DNA of 64,000 nucleotides from Camelus dromedarius (lineage: Eukaryota), in contig NC_087436.1 in the NCBI RefSeq assembly GCF_036321535.1, forward strand, positions 102,116,001-102,180,000, in the 5' to 3' direction. Below, in pieces: positions 1 to 11,721 of the stretch. Position 1 is the first letter of the stretch, and the number at the start of each line of letters is the position of its first letter. The translations under genes were made by a program, and so were the position numbers. The notes beneath the pieces are model-generated. The model worked only from the letters and a program-made list of their open reading frames with translations. It was not told the DNA's origin and searched no databases.

Positions 1-2284
1 TGTCAGATAAGATGTAAATTAGTACACTATTCAGGGAAAAGACAGTTATGATCCAGAAAGACTAGAGAAATAAATTTGTTAATTTCAGCTAAATGGGCCT
101 TAAGCTAATAACCTTGACAAAAGAAAATTATTTTATGGTTACCATAACACCCATGTACCCAAAGCCTAATATACGGATAAAATGATAGCAGATATTCTAC
201 TAGAGCAATTCAGTTTAAACCAGAGCAGTCTTTGCGTGATTCTGGACATGGCTGGAACATGTTGTAAAATACTGGTTGGCATATAGCCCCTCAGTGGCAT
301 AATTACCCTTGAGAGAACAGAGCACACGGTGTATCAGAATCAATGATGTTATTTGAGAGAAAAGTTTGAGGAAATTGGGCTTATTCATTTTAATAAAGAA
401 GCATTAACCTTCCATGATCTTATTGAAGTTACAGAATTCTGAAAGCAATAGATAAAACTGATCCTAATAAATTCTTCTGTCGACTCTAAAAGTCAATACG
501 AAGAGAAAATGATCTTGAAATTGGGAAACTGGGGCCAGAAATGAAATTGAGATATAGGCATTTTATTCACAGCGTGGGATAAATTGCAACTAAAGCAGGC
601 AGAGCAGTGCAGCAGTGTGTGTGAGTGTGGTTATGAAACGCAGGAAGATGACGGAGTAAGAGAACTGGGAAAGAATAGAATGCAATACCTTATAATGGAC
701 TGATCCACTTAAAACCTCACCAGTGTGGAGATACTATGTTAAGTCTAGATGTGAGCAAATTAATAAAGAAATTGTTACAGTAACCTCCTAGGCTTTCCCT
801 AGAACGAAGGTCTTTCTCAGCAGTTCTCTCTGCAAACTGATGCTGGATTCTTCTTAAAACATCGCTTCCATCACTCTTCTCTCTTTAAATGGTACCTTAT
901 TGCCCACATAATTAAATTGAACCTTTTTATCATTCTAGATCTGACCTCAAAGTACCTTTTCGGAATCACTCCTTTAATTTTCCTACTGAAATGTGTAGCA
1001 AGGTTTGTAATTTGAAACATTGGTCTTCAGAGAGACTCAAGAAAAAAAAAAAAGAAAAACAATGAAAAACAAATTTGCAAATTGCTGCAAAGCAAATCTT
1101 CAAGATGAAATTATAGTGTGGGTAATATTTCAAATTTATTTGACAGGAGTCTTTTTTTTACAAGAGAACAGAGTGGGAACATATCCACAGACTAGCATTC
1201 CGTGGGACACATTTTGGTAATGGTAACTTTGGACAAAAGCCTTGATCAATATTTACTAACCCATTTTAGTGTCACAGAGCCAAAAATGAATTGCAGAAAA
1301 GAAAGCTCTGGACCTGACTCCACCCCTCAAATTCACATACTTTAATTTGGACACAGTGTAGGGAAATTCACTGACAACATTCAGTTTTAAAATTCCTACT
1401 TTTTATATAATGATATTTATTCATAGAAAATACATAATATTGACTGTATTCTAATAATTTTAATTTAAAATTACATGTCTTCAAGAAAATTAAATGTAAA
1501 TAATGTTTGTTGCAATATATTTTTCATAATGAACACTGAGTAATTTAATTTAAATATGAATGCAAATTATTTATGAAATGTCAATTTTAATTAGATTTTA
1601 TATTGTAATTTAAAAAAGAAAAATCTACTTCTAAATGATCTGACAACTTTACCCGAAGAGTGACAGAATGTTTTAATTGGAAGAACTATTATTCAATGTA
1701 AATTCCTACTGTAAAACATGTTCTATTTTCCCCGGTGTCCTTTCAGTCTTTAAGTTAAGTGTGTCTTAACTGTTCTTTCGATTGGCTTAAGAATTTTGGA
1801 AATCGTGAATTCTGAAGAACTGTGTATTTTTCATCAAAATAAGTGGTGACTTTTAAAAACTAGATGCCATTAACTTTAGATTGAGGTAGCAGGATTTGAC
1901 AACTTGAGCTTTTACTCATTTCAAGAGCATTCCTTTTGAAATTCATCCTCCTGATAGTTTTTAGATATTGTTGTTGTTCCAGAAATAGTCAATGTTTACA
2001 AGTCTTTTTGGTAAATCTATTTATGATTTTCTTCAATATTTCACTCACAGTACATTAAAATCAAATTTAGGTTTAGATCTTCAAAGTGAAAAAATATGGT
2101 GTTTGTCAATACAACTGAGAAATATCTTGGGATATTACATATATGTATTGTAATTCTTGTATATTTGTTTGCATCTACATAAAACTCAGTAAATACCTGT
2201 TGTAGTTTGTAGGTGCTTTTTCATAGTTTATAGAATGTTTCCAGGCTTCTGATTACTATAAAAAATAAAAATTATTAAAGGAGA

Positions 2285-2490
2285 CAGATACATATACATA
2301 TCTACTAAAATGGTATATATGAAAATAGAATATATATGCATATATATATACAAAAATATACACATATGTATATATGTATATATAGACAGATACACACACT
2401 CAAATATATAGACAAAAATCTTACATTGTATTAATATCACATACATATAAATATACCTTTGTTTATGTGTATCCACATATACTTATACAA
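2285..2490. repeat. TA/CA-rich low-complexity tract
   Basis: Degenerate (TA)n/(CATA)n; explains the spurious ORF at 2228..2476. Confidence 0.75.
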
Positions 2491-4395
2491 AACAGAAGGA
2501 TTTTTTTTCTAAGATTCTGTGATGATGATACTGAATTAAAATAAAACATAAATCACAATGCCATCCTCTATGTAACAAACAAACAAACAAAAAAACAATA
2601 AAACTGCACATCTGCTTCTCATGGGTCCCCACAATCTCCATGGATGCTTAATACTTTCTAATTCAGTGACTAAAAAGTGCCATGGACCCTCATGAAATTT
2701 ATACAGAACGCTTTAGAAGACCTGAACAAATTAGGTTTCCTTTTCTTTTGTGAGCCAGTATCATTTGCAAATCTGAAAGAAGCAAAAGCGTTCCTTGAAT
2801 TGGGCCCTTAGTTTCAGGACAGCCCTGTCTTTATTCTGAATTGTCAGATTCTGATAGAGGAGGAAGCCCACCTACCTGGCCATCATAATGTGGTGTGATC
2901 AAGGCAAAAACCAAGTTAGGACATACTTAAAGTATGATCAGAAGCGATCAGTTCAGGCAACCAGATCAAAGGGCAGTTGAGTATGGCAAAGTCTATCTTG
3001 GTGACATTCACTAGCATAGACAGAGGTCAGCAGACTTAAGCTTCACCTCTTGGGACCCACTGCCATGTAAAGCAAACTTTTAAAAATTATTCTGTAATTA
3101 GCCCAAGACATAAATTCACCCCCAAAATGATTTGGTCTCTGTGTTCTATGGAAGAGAACTTTCTTGAACAGGATTTGGACAACTGGGTGTGTTTCATTAT
3201 GCTATCCATCTTCTAGACTCCTTCTCTTTCTGCAGTTAGAAGAGCCAATTCTTTGACTATCCCTGAAGCTATACCTCCTCCTGGACTTATCTCCTGACCA
3301 ATTCAAACTTTACTACTTTTCTCCTTTTTCCTTGTTAATGAATCAGCAATTTATTAAATACTTCATATTCTAATATCACATTTCATTAGCTTGAAATAAT
3401 TCAAATTTAGGAACAGAAAGGAGTTATGACAAATATTATGATAAAAATACACTGTGAGAATAAAAAAACAATGCACTAGTATGATGCACAAGCGTCAGTT
3501 TTATCATTGTAGCTCTTTTCACTGAAAACGTTTTCTTAGTAATTTGTTTACTTTTTAAATCTATTTTCCCATTAATCTATAAGGTTCATGAGAGGGGAAC
3601 CCTTTTTTGGTTATTGTTTTGTTTTGTTACATCATGCATCCCTTTGCTAGGTCAGTGCTTGGACACAAGAAACTGGATATTTGGGAATAAATAGATTATT
3701 TGGAATTGTTTTAACATGACTCTTCTGGGAGTCTGGAAAGCATTTTATATAAGTTGAGAAATATAAAAAGTATATAAGAAAAAAATTAAAACTTTCTAAT
3801 AGAATCCAATTTTATTTAGGATCAATTTTCTAGATAATTTTAAACAAAATTTTTATTTTATCTTTAAAATTTGAATGATATATGCAGTTATGACCATTAT
3901 CGTAGATGAGGAAACCAAGGCTCTAATTCTGCCCCCTTTAAAATTAGAATAAAGGTCAAAGACAGGTGCTCTAATATACTTTCCACTTCATCATAGTAGT
4001 ATACTATAATTTCAGGAGTAAAATCCAAAATATTTAACAACTTCTGGCATAAAATGGGCATCCAAAAATCAGAAAGGACTGGGTTTGGTAATGGAGTTTA
4101 GGAACTTTTTTTCATAAAAAAAGAAAAGCTCCAGGGAGGGGTCAAAGCTGGGGCAGCTGGGGCTCACAGCAGTAGATAGTTATAAATGTCTATGCAAGTA
4201 ATTTAATATTTTACTAATGGGCACAGTAATACCAGTACACAATATCAGTGCATCACTTTGTGTAAATGACTATATATAAAAATCAGGAATCACTGTGGTT
4301 ATTTCTGTTTTTATACCCTTAGAATAAGACTGCAAAATTTTGACAAAATGAACTATAGTCATGTGTTTTTATTTTATTAATATAAAATAATAATA

Positions 4396-4410
4396 CTCTT
4401 GGCACTAATT
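4396..4410 (+). repeat. Target-site duplication of L1-A (copy 1; copy 2 inverted at 14395-14409)
   Basis: ctcttggcactaatt vs revcomp(14395-14409) = ctcttggcatttatt, 13/15 identical. Each copy abuts an L1 end. Confidence 0.75.
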
Positions 4411-5496
4411 ATTTATTTATTTTTAACTTTTTTTTATTGAGTTATAATCATTTTACAATGTTGTGTCAAATTCCAGTGAAGAGCACAATTTTTCAGTTAT
4501 GCATGAACATATATATATATTCATTGTCACATTTTTTTCTCTGTAAACTACCATAAGATCTTGTATATATTTCCCTGTGCTATACAGTATAATCTTGTTT
4601 ATCTAGTCTACATTTTGAAATCCCAATCTGTCCCTTCCCACTCCCCACCCCCTTGGTAACCACAGGTTTGTAGTCTATGTCCGTAAGTCTGTTTCTGATT
4701 TGTATTTATGTTTTGTTTTGATTTGTTTTGTTTTGTTTTTAGATTCCACATATGAGTGATCTCATATGGTATTTTTCTTTCTCTTTCTGGCTTACTTTAC
4801 TTACAATTCTCGAGGAACATACATGTTTCTGCAAATGGCATTATGTGGTCTGTTTTTTATGGCTAAATAGTATTCCATTGTATAAATATACCACCTCTTC
4901 TTTATCCAGTCACCCATTGATGGACATTTAGGCTGTTTCCATGTCTTGGCTATTGTAAATACTGCTGCTATGAACATTGGGGTGCAGGTATCATCCTGAA
5001 GTAGGGTTCCTTCTGGCTATATGCCCAGGAGCGGGATTCCTGGGTCATATGGTAAGTCTATTCCTAGTCTTTTGAGGAATCTCCATACTGTTTTCCACAG
5101 TGTCTGCACCAAACTGCGTTCCCACCAGCAGTGTAGGAGGGTTCCCTTTTCTCCACAGCATCTCCAGCATTTGCCATTTGTGGATTTTTGAATAATGGTC
5201 ATTCTGACTGGTGTGAGGTGATACCTCATTGTGGTTTTGATTTGCATTTCTCTGATAATTAGTGATACTGAGCATTTTTTCATGTGCCTATTGATGATTT
5301 GTATTTCTTCCCTGGAGAATTGCTTGTTGAGGTCTTCTGCCCACTTTTGGATTGAGATTTTTTTTTTTCTTATTAAGTCGTATGAGCTGCTTATATATTC
5401 TGGAGATCAAGCCTTTGACAGTTTCATTTGCAAAAATTTTCTCCCATTCCCTAGGTTGTCTTTTTGTTTTACTTGTGGTTTCCTTGCTGTGCAGAA
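4411..5496 (-). mobile_element. LINE-1 (L1-A) 3' segment: ORF2 C-terminus, 3' UTR and A-rich tail
   Basis: ORF 5017..5283(-) [28 protein letters not shown]...[17 protein letters not shown] is the L1 ORF2p cysteine-rich C-terminus. A T-rich (reverse polyA) tail lies at ~4411-4437. The segment is colinear with revcomp of ~8100-9195. Confidence 0.95.
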
Positions 5497-8400
5497 CACT
5501 GCATTAACATCACTAGATAGATCTTCAAGACAGAAAATAAAAAAGGCAACAGAGAAATTAAATAATACTATAGAAAAATTAGATTTGGTGGATATTTTCA
5601 GAGCATTACACTCCCCCAAAATAGGATATACATTCTTTTCAAGTGCACATGGAACATTTTCTAGGATTGATCATGTACTTGAGCACAAAAGAAACCTCAA
5701 CAATTTTAAGAGGATAGAAATTATCTCAAGCATCTTTACTGACCACAATGCCATGAAACTAGAAATCAACAACAGAGAAACAAAGGAGAAAAAAAGGAAA
5801 GCATGGAGATTAAACAACATGCTATTAAAAAAAAACCAATGGGTCAAAGATGAAATCAAAGCTGAAATTAAAAAATACCTTGAGACAAATGAAAATGAAA
5901 GCACAACCACACAAAATTTATGGGACACACCGAAGGCAGTGCTAAGAGGGAAGTTTATAGTGATACAGGCCTTTCTCAAAAAAGAACAATCTCAAATAAA
6001 CAATTTAACCCACCAGCTGAGAGAACTAGAAAAAGAAGAACAAAAAAACCCAAAAGGCAGCAGAAGGAAGGAAATTATAAAGATCAAGGAGGAAATAAAT
6101 AAAATAGAGATTAAAAAATCATAGAAAAAAATCAATCAAACCAAAAGCTGGTTTTTTGAAAAAGGAAATAAAATCGACAAACCTCTGGCCAAACTCACAA
6201 AGAAGAAAAAAGAGAGAGCACAAACAAGCAAAATAAGAAAGGAAAATGGAGAAATTACAACAAATAACATAGAAAAACAGAACATCATACGAGAATATTA
6301 TGAAAAACTTTATGGAACCAAACTGAATAACCTAGAAGAGATGGACAAGTTTCTGGAAACATACAGTCCACCAAGACTGAACCAAGAAGAAACTGAACAC
6401 TTGAGCAAACCAATCATTAGAAATGAAATTGAAATAGCAATAAAAAATCTCCTTACAAATGAAAGTCCAGGACTGGTTGGCTTCACTGGGGAATTCAAAC
6501 ATAAAAAGAAGAACCCATACCAGTCCTTCTCAAACTATTCCAAAAGACTGAAAAGGAGGGAATAATCCCAAACTCATTCTATGAAGCCACCATCACCCTG
6601 ATACCAAAACCAGGCAAAGACACTACCAAAAAAGAGAATTATAGGCCATTATCACTGATGAACATAGATGCCAAAATCCTCACCAAAATATTAGCAAATA
6701 GAATCCAACAACACATAAAAAAAATTATGTATCATGATCAAGTGGGGTTCATCCCAGGGACACAAGGGTGGTTCAACATACGCAAATCAATCAATGTAAT
6801 ACATCACATCAATGAGAGAAAGGACAAAAACCACATGATCATCTCAATAGATGCAAAAAAAGCTTTTGATAAAATTCAACACCCATTTATGATAAAAACT
6901 CTCACCAAAGTGGGTATAGAGGGAACATATCTCAACATAATAAAAGCTATATATGACAAACCTACAGCCAGCATAGTACTCAATGGTGAAAAACTCAAAA
7001 GCTTCCCACTAAAATCTGGGACAAGGCAAGGCTGCCCAGTATCACCACTCCTATTCAACATAGTCTTGGAAGTCCTAGCCACAGCAATCAGGCAAGAGAG
7101 AGAAATAAAAGGGATCCAAATTGGAAAAAAGGTAAAAGTGTAACTATATGCTGACGACATGTTACTATATATAGAAAACCCTAAAAGGTCCACACAAAAA
7201 CTGCTAGAGCTGATTGAAGAATTCAGCAAGGTAGCTGGTTACAAGATTAACACTCAAAAATCAGTTGCATTTCTTTACACTAACGATGAATCAACAGAAA
7301 AAGAAAGTAAAGAAACAATCCCCTTTAAAATAGCACCCAAAGTAATAAAATACCTAGGAATAAATCTAACCAAAGTGGTGAAAGAATTTTACACAGAAAA
7401 CTGTTAACTGTTGATGAAGGAAATTAAAGAAGACTTTAAAAAATGGAAAGATATCCCATGCTCTTGGATTGGAAGAATCAATGTTGTTAAAATGGTCACA
7501 CTGCCCAAGGCAATCTACAGATTTAGTGCAATCCCTATCCAATTACCCAGGATGTATTTCACAGAACTAGAACAGATCATAATAAAATTTATATGGAACC
7601 ATCAAAGACCTAGAATTGCCAAAGCATTACTGAAGAGAAAGAAAGGCTGGAGGAATTACTCTCCCAGACTTCAGACAATACTATATAGCTACAGTCATCA
7701 AGACGGCATGGTATTGGTACAAAAACAGACATAGAGACCAATGGAACAGAATAAGGAGCCCGGAAATGAACCCACAAACTTTTGGTCAACTAATCTTTGA
7801 CAAAGGAGGCAAAAATATACAATGGAATAAAGACAGTCTCTTCAGCAAATGGTGTTGGGAAACTGGACAGCAGCATGTAAAACAATGAAGCTAGAGCACT
7901 CCCTTACACCATACACAAAAATCAACTCAAAATGGATCAAAGACTTAAACATGATACAAGATATAATAAACTCCTTGAAGAAAATATAGGCAAAACATTA
8001 TCGGACATACATCTCAAAAATATTCTCCTAGAACAGTCTACTGAAGCAATAGAAATAAAAGCAAGAATAAACAAATGGGACCTAATGAAACTTACAAGTC
8101 TTCACAGCAAAAGAAACCATAAGTAAAACAAAAAGACAACCTATGGAATGGGAGAAAATTTTTGCAAATGAAACCGACAAAGGCTTGATCTCCAGAATAT
8201 ATAAGCAGCTCATACAACTTAATAAGAAACAACCAAACAACACAATCCAAAAATGGGCAAAAAACCTCAACAAGCAATTCTCCAAGGAAGACATACAAAT
8301 GATCAACAGGCACATGAGAAAATGCTCAATATCACTTATTATCAGAGAAATGCAAATCAAAACTACAATGAGGTATCACCTCACACCAGTCAGAATGGCC

Positions 8401-9195
8401 ATCATTCAAAAATCCACAAATGACTTATGCTGGAGAGGCTGTGGAGAAAGGTGAACCCTCCTACACTGCTGGTGGGAATGCAGTTTGGTGCAGACACTGT
8501 GGAAAACAGTATGGAGATTCCTCAAAAGACTAGGAATAGACTTACCATATGACCCAGGAATCCCGCTCCTGGGCATATAGCCAGAAGGAACCCTACTTCA
8601 GGATGATTACCTGCACCCCAATGTTCATAGCAGCAGTATTTACAATAGCCAAGACATGGAAACAGCCTAAATGTCCATCAATAGGTGACTGGATAAAGAA
8701 AAGGTGGTATATTTATACAATGGAATACTACTCAGCCATAAAAACCGACAGCATAACGCCATTTGGAGCAACATGGATGCTCCTGAGGAATGTCATTCTA
8801 AGCGAAGTAAGCCAGAAAGAGAGAGAAAAATACCATATGAGATCGCTCATATGTGGAATCTAAAAACAAACAAACAAACAAACAAACAAAGCATAAATAC
8901 AAAGCAGAAACAGACTCATAGACATAGAATACAAATTTGTGGTTGCCAAGGGGGCGGAGGGTGGGAAGGGATAGACGGGATTTCAAAATTGTAGAATAGA
9001 TAAACAAGAGTATACTGTATAGCACAGGGAAATATACACAAGATCTTACGGTAGCTCATAGAGATAAAAATGTGACAATGAATATATATATGTTCATGTG
9101 TAACTGAAAAATTGTGCTCTACACTGGAATTTGACACAACATTGTAAAATGATTATAAGTCAATAAAAAATGTTAAAAAAATTTAAAAAAAGATT
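5495..9195 (+). mobile_element. LINE-1 ORF2 (endonuclease, RT, C-terminus) plus 3' UTR and polyA; disabled; a chimera of L1-A (left part) and L1-B (right part)
   Basis: Motifs [16 protein letters not shown] and [10 protein letters not shown] (EN); [22 protein letters not shown] and [21 protein letters not shown] (RT). TAA at 7141-7143 sits just before L-Y-A-D-D, and there are several frameshifts. AATAAA plus A-rich tail at ~9162-9195. Confidence 0.97.
5713..7892 (+). repeat. Left arm of an apparently perfect 2,180-bp inverted repeat (partner 14519-16698)
   Basis: Paired ORF coordinates all sum to 22411 (7411+15000, 7159+15252, 6658+15753, 6341+16070, 5920+16491), so there are no indels. The translations are identical. 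Non-ORF stretches I checked by eye (6125-6320, 7735-7892) match exactly. Confidence 0.92.
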
Positions 9196-9217
9196 AAAAA
9201 ATAAAATGACTGTTTAA
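9196..9217 (+). repeat. Target-site duplication of L1-B (copy 1; copy 2 inverted at 16940-16962)
   Basis: aaaaaataaaatgactgtttaa vs revcomp(16940-16962) = aaaaaaataaaataactgtttaa. Preceded by TT, giving the canonical TT/AAAA L1 endonuclease site. Confidence 0.85.
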
Positions 9218-11200
9218 ATGGTATTAGACATGAGTAGACTCTACAGAGAAATGGAAAGTACATTCTGAATGCTGTTCCTTGGAAGGCTGTTTCCCAGCAG
9301 AGCTCTCAGCTGTGATTCACTTATCTGTTATATGATGCTCATGATAAGCAATGAATTGCTTATGAGTCAGCAATACAGAGTGCTATTTAAAATGTTATGA
9401 AACACTCAGCTGTCTTGGTAGACATAAGGATGTACCAAAGCAGAGTACTAACAAAAAGTCAAGAAGGCTCCTTGGCCTTGTAACTTCATTATCTTGTTAC
9501 CTGCCTGTTCTTGACTCAAAGGTCGAAATACTGGTAGAGAGGCGCAGACCTTGAGTCAAGTGAGGGAACCAGACTGCTTTGTTGCTCTCAGCATTAAGGA
9601 GAGTTGTAGCAGGTCCTTAGAAGCCCAGCAAGATAAAATGCTACACCCAAAGCTCCTAGACAACTTAGTGGTGACTAATAATTTCGTTACATAATTTATT
9701 ATTACATAAAACTGGGCCATGTCAATGACTGCACCCTTAAAATTATATTCCACTTTAAACCTTGCATTTAACAATTTTTATGAGAACAAGTGCACATAAA
9801 GCCATAACATATTGAAGATTAAAAAACCATCAAGCACCATATAGAAACAGTGACTGCTATTATTGTAATATAAGTGAATTTATTTAATTTTAAAAAATGG
9901 AACTTCATTATCTGTGGACTCATTTTCTGTCAAACATATTTAAAAATGTAGATGATAAATAAAAGTCATCCAATACTGCCATCACATTGGCTGGAAGCAG
10001 AAAATAAGAACTGTACAAAGTCAAATTAAAGTACCTCTTCACTTAATGTAATTTTAAACAAATAAGCAAGAAAGTGGAACTAAATATTTTTTTAATTGGT
10101 AGATTTCTCATCATGATTTGTATAGTTGGACTAAGTTCATATTAATTTTAAATATTACTTTAGTGAGAAATTTGATGTAACTGAAAGAGCCAGGACTTTA
10201 GGGTTAAATAACACTGGTAGGAAATACAGCCCTAACACTCAACAAGAAAGCTTTTTTTTTTTTTTTTTTCTGTCTGTTTTTCTCAGCTAGGATTTGTTAT
10301 TGTATAACATAGTTAAACTAATTCCTATTTTTTTAGGGCAGTTGTAAATTTTAGAAATGTGTGTGTAATGCTTCAGATATATAAAATTAAAAAATGGAAA
10401 TGTTTAACTTGCTTAAGAGGGGAATCTGACTATGGGGATGAGTAAATAGTTGCATATATATGTCAATACTTACCAAATTATACTTTTTAAATATGTAAAA
10501 TTTGTTGTAAATTCAGAAATTTTACACTAATAAAACTACAAAAATGTATAAGTGAATCTTGGATTTTTCTCACTTTTTGAACAGAAAAACAGGACAGACA
10601 GTTGCTTCTCAATATTTTTCTGTTGCATAGACATAAAAATGACAAAAATACTATGCATTATTTATGCTTTTTATTTACTAACACTTTCACAAAAAATAAA
10701 TTGTGATTTATGGGAGCCCTATGAAGTAGAAAGGCAGATTTTTAAAATGTAAAAACTCAAACTCAGGTAATTTAAACAATTTGTATATGTGAGCATCCAT
10801 CACATTTCCAGAAACTGAATTTTGTCAAAATGCATAAGGTTCTTCAATCGATTTTTTTGGTAAGTATGACATTACTAAGTGTTCAACCATAAAAATTTTT
10901 ATATTTACTGCATGGCATGGAACACATGGAAAAATATATGGAAATTGTATTTTAAAAAGAGAATAGCAAGTAATGATATAGCACTTAATTATATTTATGG
11001 AATACCAAAAGCTGAAAATTTACCTATTCCTTCTTTCTCTGCCATCCTCACTTCCTTCATCTCTCCCTGTCTTCTTACTTTTCTTTCTTTCTTAAAATAT
11101 AAGACAACTTGCATTGTCAAATTTCTTTGTGACTACTACCCTGTTTTCCATAGAGATATTTTTGACTAATCTTCAAAAATAGTAAAAAATGAAAGAGAGA

Positions 11201-11721
11201 GAAGTCCCCGTCACCCAAAGCTTTGCATTCAGCAGTTTCAGTTATCCCTTGGTCAACCATGATCAGAAAATATTTAATGGAAAATCCTAAGAATAAACAT
11301 GTTTTAAATTGTTCACCATTCTGGTCAGTGTAGATCTCATGCAAATCCAGCCCATCCCATCTGGGATATGAATTATCCCTTTGTCCAGTGTATTTACATC
11401 ACATCTGCTAGCCAACCATTAGTCACTTAGTCGCCGTCTTGGTTATCACACCAACTGTCACAGTATCACAGTGCTTGTGTTGGAGTAACACTTATTTTAC
11501 TTAATAATCACCCTGAAGCACAAGAGTAGTGGTGCTGGCAATTGAGATGTTCTCCTACTGTGCCTCATTTATAAATGAAAATTTGTCAAGGGGTTTATGT
11601 ATAGGAAAAACGTATATATAGAGCTTGGGTTGGTACTTTCCAAGGTTTTAGGCATCCACTATGGGTCTTGCAGTATATATTCCTCAAAGATGAGTTGGGG
11701 GCGGGGAGGGGGACTAACGTA
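11201..11721 (+). mobile_element. MER44-type (Tigger7-derived) non-autonomous TcMar DNA transposon
   Basis: agtcccc...gtttcagttatcccttggtcaac...atccctttgtccagtgtat...ttagtcacttagt...gcacaagagtagtggtgctggcaatt...ggcatccact...ggggggacta matches the recalled MER44B consensus, with degenerate TIRs. Confidence 0.75.

Noticed and set aside
1..760. Possible CR1/L3 remnant; also scattered MIR-like pieces (~20605-20790, 44040-44200, 45630-45780) and an L1M tail (~10400-10545)
   Set aside because: Too degenerate to give supportable boundaries or family names by eye.
5231..6124. Longest ORF (297 aa) as a novel endonuclease fusion gene
   Set aside because: It is antisense L1 3' sequence read through the twin-priming junction at 5495-5496 into a partial ORF2 EN domain lacking its N-terminal half. 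It has a GTG start and ends at a frameshift, so it is a by-product of the junction.
5495..9195. Active L1 ORF2
   Set aside because: 5'-truncated and broken into many short ORFs, with a stop just upstream of YADD.
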